Sequence record: OQ473814.1
Reading direction: 5' to 3' (one strand)
Length of the DNA: 12,735 nucleotides
In this document: piece by piece, positions 11,929 through 12,735 of the stretch
How the letters are laid out: every line of letters starts with the position of its first letter
Numbering within the stretch: position 1 is the first letter of the stretch
Translations under genes and position numbers: made by a program
The notes under the pieces: model-generated
Databases searched by the model: none
Told to the model about the DNA's origin: nothing
The model's input: the letters and a program-made list of their open reading frames with translations, nothing else

Positions 11929-11940
11929 CAGGCGATCCAT

Positions 11941-12231
11941 GTGTCCACGACTCAGGAAATAAGTTACGTGTCCATGACCGCCCGCATAGACCGGGTGGTC
12001 CAAACTCTTCTACCCGTGTTAGATGAACCCCGTAAGGCAGAACTAGAATACGTGAGATCCATGGTATACGGTCTCCGTGAGGCTAGGACTGTCCTCCCTA
12101 CGATCCATATGCTAGAGATGTTCGCCCTTACGTTAAGGGGTTCAGAGGCGGAGAGAGAGGCTTACCACGTGATAAGGTCCATGGTTAAGGACCTCAAACT
12201 CGTGTATAACGGTAACGGGGTGCTAATATGA
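11941..12231 (+). CDS. Helical hypothetical protein, 96 aa (alternative start ATG 11974, 85 aa)
   Basis: GTG 11941 has CTTAAG about 25 nt upstream; in-frame ATG 11974 gives MTARID, echoing MTAKLE of the next gene. Confidence 0.8.
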   Translation: MSTTQEISYVSMTARIDRVVQTLLPVLDEPRKAELEYVRSMVYGLREARTVLPTIHMLEMFALTLRGSEAEREAYHVIRSMVKDLKLVYNGNGVLI

Positions 12232-12572
12232 CCGCGAAACTAGAGGCTTACGTAGACTACCTTGAGGAGATTAAGCCCTACCTCAACGAGAAGGATATAT
12301 CCACGGTTAATATGCTCCTCAACTCCCTCAGGCTCTACCTCCGCTATCCCGACCTAGAGACCGGCATAATGCTACGAACCTCCGCGACCTTAACCTCCGC
12401 TTATGTCCGCATGACTAGGGCTACGGAGATACTCGTGGATATCCGCGACGTATTCTTGAGGGTGCTAGACGAATACGCCCGCGAACTGATCCAAGAGATG
12501 AACGACCGACTCCGGTTAATCCGCCCCTCCCTCTACGTGATCGATCCGCAGACCCTCGCGAAGGTGGAGTGA
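12228..12572 (+). CDS. Helical hypothetical protein, 114 aa; probable paralog of 447-779
   Basis: ATGA overlap; the stop abuts the right ITR; VNMLLNSLRLYLR motif. Confidence 0.85.
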   Translation: MTAKLEAYVDYLEEIKPYLNEKDISTVNMLLNSLRLYLRYPDLETGIMLRTSATLTSAYVRMTRATEILVDIRDVFLRVLDEYARELIQEMNDRLRLIRPSLYVIDPQTLAKVE

Positions 12573-12573
12573 A

Positions 12574-12735
12574 GGCTTCTCTCCTACGCCCTCCTCTCCT
12601 ACGCCCCTCGACCACGCTCCGCTCACGTGGCTCTCCGCGACCGCGGGCGTCCGCCATGCCACGCGCTGCCCTTCGCGACCCTCACGCCTCGCCTCGCCTC
12701 GCGAGACGCCGACGCGAGACGCTGCCGCGAGACGC
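12574..12735 (-). repeat. Right inverted terminal repeat (162 bp)
   Basis: Exact reverse complement of 40-201; carries one perfect 13-bp unit plus the two variant units. Confidence 0.98.

Larger units (their letters stand above)
1..12735. mobile_element. Probable complete linear dsDNA archaeal virus genome bounded by inverted terminal repeats
   Basis: Perfect ITRs at both extremities; dense, mostly co-oriented small ORFs with ATGA/TAATG overlaps; capsid-like, membrane and adhesin-like genes; archaeal expression signals; no host housekeeping genes. Confidence 0.9.

Noticed and set aside
12421-12657. Arg/Gly-rich minus-strand ORF starting in the right ITR
   Set aside because: Its 5' part is ITR repeat sequence and the rest is antisense to 12228-12572; no promoter or SD evident. 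The mirrored ATG at 118 in the left ITR has no comparable support.
1-12735. ITR-bounded transposon, casposon or polinton
   Set aside because: No transposase, Cas1, integrase or pPolB motif and no flanking host DNA or target-site duplication; gene content is virion-like.
1-12735. tRNA, rRNA, glycosyltransferase or methyltransferase genes
   Set aside because: No cloverleaf/T-loop or rRNA signatures, and no ORF of suitable size or motif; intergenic space is minimal.

Overview
The window appears to be the complete or nearly complete ~12.7-kb linear dsDNA genome of an archaeal virus, most likely of a thermophilic crenarchaeote (Thermoproteota). The host inference rests on GAGGTGA/GAGGTGG Shine-Dalgarno sites, TATA boxes, oligo-T terminators and a Sulfolobales-style ribbon-helix-helix protein. 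The ends form a perfect 162-bp inverted terminal repeat (40-201 vs 12574-12735) capped by a telomere-like 13-bp tandem repeat whose copy number differs between ends. About 30 tightly packed genes are present: 3 on the minus strand at the left end and the rest on plus. The left part has an RHH protein missed by the ORF track, an Sm/Hfq-like protein, a possible OB-fold SSB, a Myb-like HTH protein and a very small AEP (primase-polymerase)-like protein. A middle operon has a C2H2/HxxxCxxC zinc protein and a miniaturised Erv1/Alr-type sulfhydryl oxidase. The right part is a virion module: probable single-jelly-roll capsid protein, membrane proteins, a polyglycine adhesin and Ser/Thr-rich tail-anchored spikes. 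I see no family B polymerase, helicase, packaging ATPase, HUH Rep, integrase or protelomerase. Two candidate systems stand out: a minimal-AEP plus terminal-repeat end-replication mechanism, and a virus-encoded cytoplasmic disulfide pathway for virion proteins. All family calls are by eye from motifs; no database search was run.
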